64,000 nucleotides of DNA from an uncultured bacterium (GTDB lineage Bacteria > Patescibacteriota > Minisyncoccia > Phycocordibacterales > UBA9973): positions 291,310 through 355,309 of the forward strand of contig CAITGV010000001.1 in the NCBI GenBank assembly GCA_903892035.1. Reading direction: 5' to 3'. Shown in pieces: positions 26,052-35,395 of the stretch (position 1 is its first letter; each line of letters starts with the position of its first letter). Position numbers and translations under genes: made by a program. Below the pieces are notes generated by a model. That model was not told the DNA's origin, ran no database searches, and worked only from the letters and a program-made list of their open reading frames with translations.

Positions 26052-27221
26052 TTATTTTCCATGCCCCAAAACTTCTTCGTAGTATTTCAAATATTCTTTT
26101 ACTTTTTTTTCCGCAGTGAAATTTAATGCAACAGTTTCTTTTGCATTCTGACCAAGTTTTTTTACGAGTACATCATCGTGCGAAAGGGTGCGAATTTTCT
26201 CAGTAAAACTTTTTATATCACCAATTGAAAAAAGAAAACCAGATTTTCCATTTTGCATAAATTCTGGAATGCCACCCACGCGTGTAGCGAGCACAGCTTT
26301 GCCGTAAGACATTGTCTCAAGTATTCCCATACCAAAGCTTTCTTCGGAAGAGGTGTAGAGGCCGATGTCGCTAGCATTTATGTAGTTTTCAATATCTTGC
26401 ACATGAGATTTTATAATTATATTTTTTTCAATACCAAGTTTTTTGACCAGTGGCATAAATGGTGAAAAATCATTTCCAGAAAGAATTAGAAGCTTAATGT
26501 GTTTTTCTTTTTTTAGTTTCGACATTATTTCAAGTAAATCAGGAATGCGTTTAACGGGGCGAAGATTTGAGAGATGAATGACAAGAAAATCATCGGGCGA
26601 GCTGCCGAGGCTTTTTCGGATTGATGCGGGAGACCTTGTTGGAATTTTAGGATTGTAAAAATTATGTATAACCTTAATTTCTTTTTTTGTTTTCAATACT
26701 TTTATTGTATCTTTTTTTAAGCTTTCCGATACTGTTGTGACTCCGCAAGAGCTCTCTATTGAATACTTGATTACTGGCATGACTGTCTTGTCACGACCGA
26801 GAAGTGTAATGTCTGTCCCGTGTAATGTGGTGACAACATTTGGAAAAGGAATTTTTTCTTCTTCTGCGATACTTTTTGCGAGAAGTGCAGCGGTGGCATG
26901 TGGTACTGCGTAGTGCACATGTAAAATATCAAGCTTGTATTTTTTTGCCACGTCTACCATCTTTACAGCGAGAGGAAGAGTGTAGTCTGGATATTTGAAA
27001 AGTTCGTATCCGTTGAATTCAACTTTATGAAAAAAAGTATTTGGCTCATCCTTATCGAGCTTGAAAGGCTCCGCATAGCTGATGAAATGCACGGTGTGAC
27101 CCAAGCGTGCGAGTTCTGTACCGAGCTGGGTTGCGACAATACCAGAACCACCGACAGAAGGGTAGCAGACCATTCCAATAGAAAGTTTTTTCATATGTTT
27201 TATTTTTTTATTTTCAGTCAT
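26052..27221 (-). CDS. bshA: GT4 glycosyltransferase, BshA-like (N-acetyl-alpha-D-glucosaminyl L-malate synthase)
   Basis: N-terminus MKKLSIGMVCYPSVGGSGIVATQLGTELARLGHTVHFI closely follows the BshA signature (IG..CYPSVGGSG..AT.LG..LA.RGH..HFI). C-terminal GT4 EX7E region. Confidence 0.7.
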   Translation of the reverse strand: MTENKKIKHMKKLSIGMVCYPSVGGSGIVATQLGTELARLGHTVHFISYAEPFKLDKDEPNTFFHKVEFNGYELFKYPDYTLPLAVKMVDVAKKYKLDILHVHYAVPHATAALLAKSIAEEEKIPFPNVVTTLHGTDITLLGRDKTVMPVIKYSIESSCGVTTVSESLKKDTIKVLKTKKEIKVIHNFYNPKIPTRSPASIRKSLGSSPDDFLVIHLSNLRPVKRIPDLLEIMSKLKKEKHIKLLILSGNDFSPFMPLVKKLGIEKNIIIKSHVQDIENYINASDIGLYTSSEESFGMGILETMSYGKAVLATRVGGIPEFMQNGKSGFLFSIGDIKSFTEKIRTLSHDDVLVKKLGQNAKETVALNFTAEKKVKEYLKYYEEVLGHGK

Positions 27222-27928
27222 TATTTGAATTTTCTTGAAGAGCCAAGCGCTGTAATACTTTCAATCATAATTGGATCATTTACCCAAAGTGGGACTGCGT
27301 ATTCGACGCCAATAGTACTACCTAGGTATTTGGCTTTACTTGAAACAATATTTAAATATCCACGAGTTTTCATCTGACTTTTGTGAATTTCCATCGCCTC
27401 TACCCACTTGCTGTATTGTTCTGAGACGTCTATTACAATGTCGGGTTTTTTATCAAACTCGGCACTTGATGGATAGTAATATAGTGAATCAACAGTGTGC
27501 GTCGGAAGTTTTTTGAGCTCTTTGAGTCCGCCGTAACGTGCAAGTCTTGAACTAGCTCGAACTATTTGTGCGAGAGCTGTGTGGTCTGGATGTTGGTTTT
27601 CTGAAAGCGATGGAGCTAGCACTATATCTGGTTTCCATTTGCGAATAATTTCAGCAATTTTTATTCTACTTTTTGTATTGTCTTCAATATGACAGTCGCC
27701 ACCCAAATTAATATATTCAAATTCTGCACCAATATGTTTTGCTGCTGATTGCGCTTCTTTTTTTCGAGATTCTGGTGTGCCATTTGTTCCTGCTTCACCG
27801 AGCGAACAAACTACAATTTTTACTTCTGCTCCACCTTCAATTTCCTTGATGAGTAGCCCTGTCGCGCCAAATTCGACGTCGTCAGGGTGAGCACCGAAAG
27901 CTAGTATTTTTTTGTTTTCGTTTTTCAT
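27221..27928 (-). CDS. bshB: PIG-L/LmbE-family N-acetylglucosaminyl deacetylase, BshB-like
   Basis: KILAFGAHPDDVEFGATG...HPDH is the LmbE zinc-site pattern. The start was set at the internal MKNENKK (27928) rather than the Arg-rich extension. Confidence 0.65.
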   Translation of the reverse strand: MKNENKKILAFGAHPDDVEFGATGLLIKEIEGGAEVKIVVCSLGEAGTNGTPESRKKEAQSAAKHIGAEFEYINLGGDCHIEDNTKSRIKIAEIIRKWKPDIVLAPSLSENQHPDHTALAQIVRASSRLARYGGLKELKKLPTHTVDSLYYYPSSAEFDKKPDIVIDVSEQYSKWVEAMEIHKSQMKTRGYLNIVSSKAKYLGSTIGVEYAVPLWVNDPIMIESITALGSSRKFK

Positions 27929-27945
27929 ATTAAGTATGTTATTTA

Positions 27946-28728
27946 TTATTCGACTTCTGGTAAATATGCGTAATTTGAATCTTCGATTTCGTCTCTTTTT
28001 GTGAAAGTAACTTCTGGGAAGTCTGTCTTTATAAGGTAGCTGTCTTCTCCGGCACCTGAAATATAGTGAGTACAGTATATCACTGATTGCATCCAAGAAA
28101 AGCGTTCAGCTCGGCCAGGGTTTTTTTGCCATTTTTCGATGCGTTCCGGCATTGGAATTTCAAAATATTTTCCGCCACCTTCATGGAGCCTGAGTGATCC
28201 ATCGTGCATTTCAGCACGGACAGTTTCGTTTTCATAAGGCACATCAGCATAAAATTCTGCCTTAAGATCTGAAGCTTGCATACGAAAGTCGTGGTCTCCC
28301 GAGCGGACGACTTCAATACCATCGAGAAGCCCAAGCTTTTTATACATATCTAGGCAAAAGTCTGCGGCGTTTTTTCCTTCAACATTTTTAAATATTTCCA
28401 AATTTTCTTTTGATACAAGTTGGGGAAGTTTGCGGAGCGTTTCTTCTTTCCACCCGGCTGGAATCATTTTTGCATAAAGTGGAGAATATTTTTTCTGTAT
28501 TTTGTTTTCTTGTAGAAAATTTAGGCGAATGTCTTTACCTGTAGCCCTTTCACGCAAGAGGGTAATGGTCTCGCGATAGTCGGCATCTGAGTCGTGATAG
28601 AAAAATACAATTTTCCCGCCAATTTCTTTTTGCAATTTCCTTGCCGTCTGTATCTTTGCATACAAAAACCTCTTTGGAAAAAATCCACAAGGTTGCTGTC
28701 CGAAACAAATTACTGGCTCTTTACTCAT
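27946..28728 (-). CDS. BshC-like protein, N-terminal domain only (260 aa)
   Basis: ICFGQQPCGFFPKRFLYAKIQ...KIVFFYHDSDADYRE parallels the BshC N-terminus (VVGGQQAGLLTGPLYTIHKI...IPIFWVAGEDHDLDE). It is about half BshC length and sits head-to-tail with bshB-bshA. Confidence 0.45.
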   Translation of the reverse strand: MSKEPVICFGQQPCGFFPKRFLYAKIQTARKLQKEIGGKIVFFYHDSDADYRETITLLRERATGKDIRLNFLQENKIQKKYSPLYAKMIPAGWKEETLRKLPQLVSKENLEIFKNVEGKNAADFCLDMYKKLGLLDGIEVVRSGDHDFRMQASDLKAEFYADVPYENETVRAEMHDGSLRLHEGGGKYFEIPMPERIEKWQKNPGRAERFSWMQSVIYCTHYISGAGEDSYLIKTDFPEVTFTKRDEIEDSNYAYLPEVE

Positions 28729-28813
28729 CTGGCCATTGTAGCAGTTTGAGGAGTAAATGTAGAAATAATTGAAGCCCTAGCGTAAACATTTTTATCGTGG
28801 TAAACTATTTATT

Positions 28814-29032
28814 ATGAATGCTGTAATTATTCCACAAAAAATAGCACAGAAAGGTGATTTGGTTGTTCTTCCTCGCAAGGAATACGAGGAGCTTTTTAGG
28901 TTTTCTCCTCAAGCAAAAACAGACTGGATATATGAAAAGCCTGTCGTTAAATATATAAAAGAAAGAATACGTGCAGCAGAATCAGAATTTAAAAAAGGCA
29001 AAATGACAGTTTGGAAGCCAAAGTTAAAATAA
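28814..29032 (+). CDS. Phd/YefM-like type II antitoxin
   Basis: 72 aa. ...KGDLVVLPRKEYEELF... resembles the YefM core (PVVITRRGKPVAVL.S.EEYEEL). Confidence 0.5.
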   Translation: MNAVIIPQKIAQKGDLVVLPRKEYEELFRFSPQAKTDWIYEKPVVKYIKERIRAAESEFKKGKMTVWKPKLK

Positions 29033-29033
29033 T

Positions 29034-29317
29034 ATGTACACAATTAATTTTGGGAGTGCAGTAAAGAAAGATTTAAAGAACTTACCAAAAACATCCAAAA
29101 TAAAATTGATGAGATTTTTATTTTGCTTTCAAATAATTCTAAGATAGGAGAAGGATTGTCAGGTGAATATCTTGGATTTTATTCGTATCATTTCAGAAAC
29201 AAAAAAACTGAATATAGAATCATTTACAGTGTAAAAGACGAAATAATGACTATTTTTATCATTCTCGTCGGCACAAGAGAAAATATTTACAAACAACTCA
29301 AACAAAGATTGCACTAA
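29034..29317 (+). pseudogene. RelE/ParE-family toxin gene disrupted by a -1 frameshift in an A5 run
   Basis: Frame 0 gives MYTINFGSAVKKDLKNLPK... and stops at 29147. The RelE core (...NIQNKIDEIF..GEGLSGEYLGFYSYHFRNKKTEYRIIYSVKDEIMTIFIILVGTRENIY) continues in another frame. Inserting one A into the ccAAAAAc run at 29086-29090 restores a single ORF. Confidence 0.6.
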
Positions 29318-29345
29318 GACATTCAATCTCCTAATATTTTGAATT

Positions 29346-30044
29346 ATGAAAATCAATAACAAAATTACTAACTTTTTCTTGGTTAAACGGCCTGAAACGG
29401 AAAATAAATGGTGGCATCGATTATTTACAGTTTTGCTTTTTGGATCTACTATTTTTGTTTTAATATTAACTGTTTATCTATCTATTGGTAACAATAATCA
29501 TGATTGGGTTGCCAATAATATAACTTTTAATTTAGAGCCAAATTATAAAGAAGCCATTGGTAAAGAATTTCCTTGTGTTAGGTCACTCTTTATTAAATGT
29601 AATGATGTTGGTGTTTCTTCTTACGACCTAGACCGCTATGAAAAACTTTGGGAAACAACACGTGATAACTTATGGGAACAAACTGGATTAGACAATAAGT
29701 ATGGTGCCGATTGTATAAAAAAATTTGGAGAAAAACTAACACAATTTGAGGTAGTCACTTTAGAATTAGAAGCACCTACAAATAAATCAGGTGATGAAAT
29801 TATTTGTTGGCGGAAAGTAGCTCTAGACGAAGGTAATGACCCAGCATATGCTACATATGAAAACATAATTAAAAATTTACCCCTTACTTTAAAAGTTTCT
29901 AAAGATATTAACTATGGGTTTATACTGAGCGACCTTGCATATTGGATATTCGTTCCAATTATTACCGTATCTATTTGGGTTATGTTTTGGAGTACGATTG
30001 TGTATAGGTCTATTCTTTATGTAGTTTTCGGAAAGAAAAAATAA
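29346..30044 (+). CDS. hypothetical membrane protein (N- and C-terminal TMs)
   Basis: 232 aa with no recognised domain. Confidence 0.4.
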   Translation: MKINNKITNFFLVKRPETENKWWHRLFTVLLFGSTIFVLILTVYLSIGNNNHDWVANNITFNLEPNYKEAIGKEFPCVRSLFIKCNDVGVSSYDLDRYEKLWETTRDNLWEQTGLDNKYGADCIKKFGEKLTQFEVVTLELEAPTNKSGDEIICWRKVALDEGNDPAYATYENIIKNLPLTLKVSKDINYGFILSDLAYWIFVPIITVSIWVMFWSTIVYRSILYVVFGKKK

Positions 30045-30647
30045 ATGAATAATGTAAAAGACGCACTAAACTGGGCACAGGGCTTTGAGCGCTACACTAA
30101 TTCAAAATATATTTTAGATTCTTCATCTTGGGAAGAAGCACAAAATAAAATTGATAACATTCTAAATGTTGAAAAGGCAAGAGGAAATCATACAGTTCTT
30201 TATTATGAAGTCGAGGATAATACATTATGGAACGAGTATAGATTTTTGTTTCTATGTCAATTTTTAGAATTTAAAACAGCAGAATTTTTTTCTAAGCTTG
30301 AAGGTGAAGGAAAAGTAAAGCAAGAGTTCATATTAAAACTTAAAAAGGATAAAAAAGCTAACACCGAAAGAGCGAGTTCCGCAGACAACAAGCGCATACT
30401 TTCTCCCGCATCTTTGATTTCCGACCTTGGTTTTAATTTAGGAGATTTGGTGGTTGAATTAGAGCGATCAACCAGTAATTTTGGTAATAAAGAAAAGTTA
30501 TTAAATTGCTTAAAAAAATTTAATGTACACAGAATTAGTTTTACTCATCATTCCTTTAACACAAAAAAGAAAGCAGGTGATATTAATCTGAAAGATATAA
30601 TTCTCACTGGAACAAAATCAGGAAACGAAGCTCTAAAATTTCTGTGA
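30045..30647 (+). CDS. hypothetical protein, translationally coupled to the upstream gene
   Basis: 200 aa. Its start abuts the previous stop. No recognised domain. Confidence 0.4.
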   Translation: MNNVKDALNWAQGFERYTNSKYILDSSSWEEAQNKIDNILNVEKARGNHTVLYYEVEDNTLWNEYRFLFLCQFLEFKTAEFFSKLEGEGKVKQEFILKLKKDKKANTERASSADNKRILSPASLISDLGFNLGDLVVELERSTSNFGNKEKLLNCLKKFNVHRISFTHHSFNTKKKAGDINLKDIILTGTKSGNEALKFL

Positions 30648-30735
30648 ATTGTTGAGATAAAATAAGGTCACCTTAGCTTTGGACCCAAACAATCAGCAAA
30701 TTCCGCCTTTTCTGCTATACTCTTAAAACATTATT

Positions 30736-32475
30736 ATGAAAATCTTTTACCACTATCTAAAAAAATATTGGAAGCTCTGTGGACTTGTGCTTTTACTTGC
30801 GTCGATTAACCAGATTTTTTCTTTGCTTGACCCATATATATTTAGCAGAGTCATAGATAAATACGCAACGCAGTTCAACCTCTATACTAAAGCGGAGTTT
30901 TTTCAAGGTGTTGGCGTTTTGTTGCTCGCTATCGTGGGTGTGGCTCTCATTTCGCGCATTGCAAAAAATTTTCAAGATTATTATTTGAATGGCATCAGTA
31001 AGCGCGTCGGTGCTGATATGTATAGAGATGGCGTAGCGCATTCACTCTCGCTTCCGTATGAAGTATTTGAAGACGAGAGAAGTGGAGAGACACTCGGCAA
31101 ATTACAAAAAGTACGTGACGATACCGAGCGACTCATCGCAGCTCTCATAAATGTAGTTTTTGTTTCTTTTATTGGATTTTTCTTTGTCGCTATTTATGCT
31201 GTGCACATTTATTGGGGAATTGCTTTAGCTTTTATTTTGACCATTCCGCTCATTGGTGGAATGTCTATGGTATTTTCTCAAAAAATAAAAAAGATTCAGA
31301 AAATAATTGTAGCAGAAACTACATCACTCGCTGGCTCTACTACAGAATCACTACGAAATATTGAGCTTGTAAAAAGTCTTGGACTTTCAGACCAAGAAAT
31401 CGACCGACTTAATAGTACGACTGGAAAAATTTTAAAACTAGAACTCAAAAAACTTCGCTATGTTCGTAGCCTCAGTTTTATTCAAGGTACTGTTATAAAT
31501 CTTGTACGCACAAGTATTTTGTTTTTCTTGCTCTATCTAATATACGTAAAGACGATTACTTTCGGGCAATTCTTCTCACTATACATTTATTCATTCTATG
31601 TTTTCAATCCATTACAAGAAATGGGTACAGTCATTTCTACTTATCGTGAGGCTGAAGCTTCGCTTGTCAACTTTGAGACACTTAAAAATACACCGAGTGA
31701 GCCCGAAGCAAAAGATCCAAAATCTATCGGCCCTGTCGAAAAACTTTCTTTCAAAAATGTTTCTTTTGGTTATAAGAGTTCAAAGGCACTTGCGCTCGAT
31801 GGTATTTCCTATGATGTTGTACGAGGTCAGACAATAGCTTTTGTGGGCCCATCTGGAGCGGGGAAGACTTCACTTGTAAAATTGCTCGTTGGTCTTTATG
31901 CACCGACAGAAGGTGAAATTCTATACAATGGGATTTCTGATAAAAAAATAAAAAAAGATGAACTTAGGAAACAGATCGGATTTGTCACACAAGATACACA
32001 ACTTTTTTCAGGAACAATTCGTGAAAATCTACACTTCGTAAATCCGTCTACTAGTGATGTTGAGTGTCTTACAGCCTTAAATGAAGCGCAATGCCAAAAT
32101 CTACTTATGAGAGGTGGTCTCGGGCTTGATACTTTAATTGGTGAGGGTGGTGTAAAAGTTTCTGGGGGAGAAAAACAACGTCTTTCTATTGCTCGCGCAC
32201 TTTTGCGCACGCCAAATATTTTAGTTTTTGACGAAGCTACGAGTTCCCTCGATTCGTTAACAGAAGAAGAAATAGTAAAAACTATTCGTGATGTTTCTAG
32301 TGCTAGTTCAAAAATTACGATTATTATCGCCCACAGACTTTCTACAATTATGCACGCGGACACAATACATGTTTTAGAAAAAGGAAAAATAATTGAATCC
32401 GGTTCACATTCTATACTTCTTGAAAAACATGGTCTATATTCTGCAATGTGGCGACAGCAAATAGGGGAGAGATGA
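30736..32475 (+). CDS. ABC transporter, fused permease/ATPase (MsbA-like exporter)
   Basis: 6-TM domain followed by an NBD with Walker A GPSGAGKTS, ABC signature LSGGEKQR and Walker B ILVFDEATS. Confidence 0.8.
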   Translation: MKIFYHYLKKYWKLCGLVLLLASINQIFSLLDPYIFSRVIDKYATQFNLYTKAEFFQGVGVLLLAIVGVALISRIAKNFQDYYLNGISKRVGADMYRDGVAHSLSLPYEVFEDERSGETLGKLQKVRDDTERLIAALINVVFVSFIGFFFVAIYAVHIYWGIALAFILTIPLIGGMSMVFSQKIKKIQKIIVAETTSLAGSTTESLRNIELVKSLGLSDQEIDRLNSTTGKILKLELKKLRYVRSLSFIQGTVINLVRTSILFFLLYLIYVKTITFGQFFSLYIYSFYVFNPLQEMGTVISTYREAEASLVNFETLKNTPSEPEAKDPKSIGPVEKLSFKNVSFGYKSSKALALDGISYDVVRGQTIAFVGPSGAGKTSLVKLLVGLYAPTEGEILYNGISDKKIKKDELRKQIGFVTQDTQLFSGTIRENLHFVNPSTSDVECLTALNEAQCQNLLMRGGLGLDTLIGEGGVKVSGGEKQRLSIARALLRTPNILVFDEATSSLDSLTEEEIVKTIRDVSSASSKITIIIAHRLSTIMHADTIHVLEKGKIIESGSHSILLEKHGLYSAMWRQQIGER

Positions 32476-32554
32476 AATTATTGACAAAACACTAAATATA
32501 TATTAATCTTTGGGCTGATTTAAAAAAAAGTTTCACCTTTAAAAACAAAAAAAA

Positions 32555-33280
32555 ATGTACCCAAAACTCGACAATGTGGCGCAATTGCGCCTCGGAAAAA
32601 ACAAATTCCCCGGCCAGGTATTGGTAATCGGGAAGAATGACAGTAATCAAGCTATCATTATGTATGCGGTGCTTAGCCGGGCTCCTGCTTTTGGAGAAAG
32701 GCATTTCCATGTAAAAGACAAAGAAATTTATTTATCTTTTATCAGGCACAATGAAGATTTTCTTAAAAGGGAGTGTGAACATCAAACAACCTCTTCTTTG
32801 AAAATTGATGGAAAAAGTTGTTATGCGGTTGGTAATGGTCACCAAGTAAGTGCTATTACCAATGGATTAAAAGATGGGAACTATTTTCCCGGACTTTTAA
32901 ACAGTGAATGGACACACAAAAATGATGTCCATGGTACTCCTAGAATTTCAGGACTAATCACCCTGAAAAAAGACATTGCAGAATTCTCTATGTCGCAAAT
33001 TTTGCAACAAGAAACTTCCCCAAAGGATTCCGAGTATCACTGTCACTCACATTTGAAAGTGAGTGATGGAATGGGTAAATGCCTACTTGCTTATGATGGT
33101 GACGACGACCCATTGTCGTCCTTTCGCTATCACCCTTTTGATGTACCACTAGTTGGGGACATCAAAACAATAGGTGATTCCTATTGGTCCATTTTGTATC
33201 ACAAATACCGCACAGCGTTATTTGTGAGAAGCATTGATCTTTCATCAAGAAAGGTCAATCAATATTTGATTCGATATTAA
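32555..33280 (+). CDS. PurO-like IMP cyclohydrolase (archaeal type), putative
   Basis: MYPKL...VLVIGKN.SNQAIIMYAVLSR.., GNGHQVSAITNGL and GTPRISGLITL parallel PurO segments recalled from Methanocaldococcus ([48 protein letters not shown]). The gene is GC-richer than its neighbours. Confidence 0.4.
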   Translation: MYPKLDNVAQLRLGKNKFPGQVLVIGKNDSNQAIIMYAVLSRAPAFGERHFHVKDKEIYLSFIRHNEDFLKRECEHQTTSSLKIDGKSCYAVGNGHQVSAITNGLKDGNYFPGLLNSEWTHKNDVHGTPRISGLITLKKDIAEFSMSQILQQETSPKDSEYHCHSHLKVSDGMGKCLLAYDGDDDPLSSFRYHPFDVPLVGDIKTIGDSYWSILYHKYRTALFVRSIDLSSRKVNQYLIRY

Positions 33281-33289
33281 TTTTATTAT

Positions 33290-33322
33290 TCAAGCCCGAG
33301 TTTATAATTCGGGCTTGTTTAT
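33290..33322. terminator. bidirectional stem-loop terminator between convergent genes
   Basis: aagcccga-gtttataat-tcgggctt followed by a T-run. Confidence 0.5.
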
Positions 33323-33840
33323 TTACACTTTAAACCTTGTTTAAATCCACTGGTCGGAGAGATATTTGGAATTAATCCAACAAAACCATTTTGATCAGTG
33401 CAGTAATACTGACCAATATTTACCGTAGACGGAGCAATGATAGTAAAACTTTTTGAAGGAAAATTTGTATCGACAACACAAGACACACTGTTTGTAGTAA
33501 CTTTTTGAATCCCAGCAATTATTGTGCCGATGCTAATATTTTGTGATGCATCTGCACAAATATTTTTTTGATTCGAAATTCCATAATTTCTATTTTGTAC
33601 ATAATATGCGAGACTCACCGAACCGACACTTTTTATAGAATCTTTTATTATTGCGTCGACTTGTGTTGTAGTTTGACCGATGACATTATTTTTCAATGTA
33701 TTCGCATTATTGATTGCGTCATTTACTTTTGATTTATTATTTAAATACCAATATCCTCCGTACGCTATTGCTAATAATATTATAATTCCAATTATTTTTT
33801 TCATTACTACAGTATATGCCCAAAAGGGGTATAAGCACAA
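33319..33840 (-). CDS. secreted/membrane-anchored hypothetical protein
   Basis: N-terminal TM/signal peptide followed by a Thr/Ser/Asn-rich extracellular region. Confidence 0.4.
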   Translation of the reverse strand: MCLYPFWAYTVVMKKIIGIIILLAIAYGGYWYLNNKSKVNDAINNANTLKNNVIGQTTTQVDAIIKDSIKSVGSVSLAYYVQNRNYGISNQKNICADASQNISIGTIIAGIQKVTTNSVSCVVDTNFPSKSFTIIAPSTVNIGQYYCTDQNGFVGLIPNISPTSGFKQGLKCK

Positions 33841-33870
33841 TATTTTTGCTTATTGTATAATATGTGAATA

Positions 33871-35394
33871 ATGAATATGCCAAAGAAACAAGTATTACTC
33901 TTGATCTTAGACGGCTGGGGATACAGAGATGAAATTGGAAATAATTCAATAGCTCAAGCTAAAACTCCAAATTTTGATTATCTTTGGGCAAATTACCCAC
34001 ACGCATTTTTACAAGCATCTGGTAATGCCGTCGGACTTCCAACTGGAGTAATAGGAAATAGTGAAGTGGGTCACATGACAATAGGCGCAGGAAAAGTTTT
34101 AAATACTGACTTAGTTCGGATATCAAATTCTATTACAAGTGGAGATTTTAAAAAAAATGTTGGTTTCGAAAAGCTTTTTGAACATATAAAAAAATTTGAT
34201 TCGACTTTGCATATTGTAGGTCTTCTTAGTCCAATAGGGGTACATAGTCACCAAGAGCATTTGCATGCATTTTTAGAATTAGTAAAAAGTCATAATATTA
34301 AAAAAGTTGTTATTCATGTCATCACCGATGGCAGAGATAGTCCTCCAAAAGAAAGTGCAAAATATTTAAAAAAATTAGAAGAACACATTTCTACGCTCGG
34401 TATTGGAAATATTGTAAGTATGGTGGGTCGTCACTATGCAATGGATAGAGACAAAAATTGGGAGCGTACTCAAAAAGCTGTCGACGCAATTTTTTTTGGT
34501 GGCGGGGAAAAAGTAAAAAATATTTTACCTTCAAAAAAACTGGAAGAAGAATATGAAAAAGGAATTAATGATGAATTTTTAGAACCTTTCGTATTTTTAG
34601 ATGAAAATGAAAATATTTCCTCAATTATGAAAAATGACGCAATTTTTATTTTTAATTTTCGTTCAGATAGGCCAAGACAACTTTGTTATAAAATAATGGA
34701 AAAAAAGAAAGAAGAAAATTTATTTTTTGTGACAATGACAGAATACTCAAAAGATATTGATAGTGTTGTGGCTTTTCCACCACAAAATATAGAGACTAAC
34801 CTTGCGTGTGAAATTTCAAAAGCAGGTTTAAATCAAGTGCACATAGCAGAAACAGAAAAGTATGCACACGTTACATATTTTTTTAATGGTGGACATAGTG
34901 CGCCATACGAAAATGAGAAGCATATTTTGATAGATAGTAGAAAAGATATAATTTCTCATGATATGGCTCCAGAAATGCGAGCCACAGAAATTGCTGATGC
35001 AGTCATTAAATCCATAGAAGATGATACAAATTTTATTTTAGTAAATTTTGCAAATGCAGATATGGTGGGCCATACTGCAAATATGCCAGCTATTGTAAAA
35101 GGTGTAGAAATGATTGACATGCAAATTGGTCGAATAATGAAAACCTTGGAAAATAACGGTGGCGTGGCTTTTATAACAGCTGACCATGGAAATGCCGAGG
35201 AAAATATTGATATAATAACAGGTGAAAGACATACAGCTCATACATTAAACACTGTGCCAGCAATATTTACCGAAAAAGGAAAAATATTACAAAGTGGATC
35301 TCTTTCTGATGTAGCCCCGACGATCTTGAATTTTTTAAATTTAGAAGTGCCTCTTTCTATGACAGGAAAAAATTTATTAATAAATAATAATTAA
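33871..35394 (+). CDS. gpmI: 2,3-bisphosphoglycerate-independent phosphoglycerate mutase
   Basis: MNMPKKQVLLLILDGWGYRDE... with metal-site motifs (SEVGHM, DGRD, ADHGN). Confidence 0.85.
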   Translation: MNMPKKQVLLLILDGWGYRDEIGNNSIAQAKTPNFDYLWANYPHAFLQASGNAVGLPTGVIGNSEVGHMTIGAGKVLNTDLVRISNSITSGDFKKNVGFEKLFEHIKKFDSTLHIVGLLSPIGVHSHQEHLHAFLELVKSHNIKKVVIHVITDGRDSPPKESAKYLKKLEEHISTLGIGNIVSMVGRHYAMDRDKNWERTQKAVDAIFFGGGEKVKNILPSKKLEEEYEKGINDEFLEPFVFLDENENISSIMKNDAIFIFNFRSDRPRQLCYKIMEKKKEENLFFVTMTEYSKDIDSVVAFPPQNIETNLACEISKAGLNQVHIAETEKYAHVTYFFNGGHSAPYENEKHILIDSRKDIISHDMAPEMRATEIADAVIKSIEDDTNFILVNFANADMVGHTANMPAIVKGVEMIDMQIGRIMKTLENNGGVAFITADHGNAEENIDIITGERHTAHTLNTVPAIFTEKGKILQSGSLSDVAPTILNFLNLEVPLSMTGKNLLINNN

Positions 35395-35395
35395 A

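Noticed and set aside
27929-28096. Arg-rich 56-aa N-terminal extension of the bshB ORF.
   Set aside because: The LmbE fold begins at the internal MKNENKKILAFGAHPDD. The extension would overlap the bshC-like gene and has a basic, junk-like composition.
31896-32363. 155-aa minus-strand ORF.
   Set aside because: It is antisense within the ABC transporter nucleotide-binding domain.
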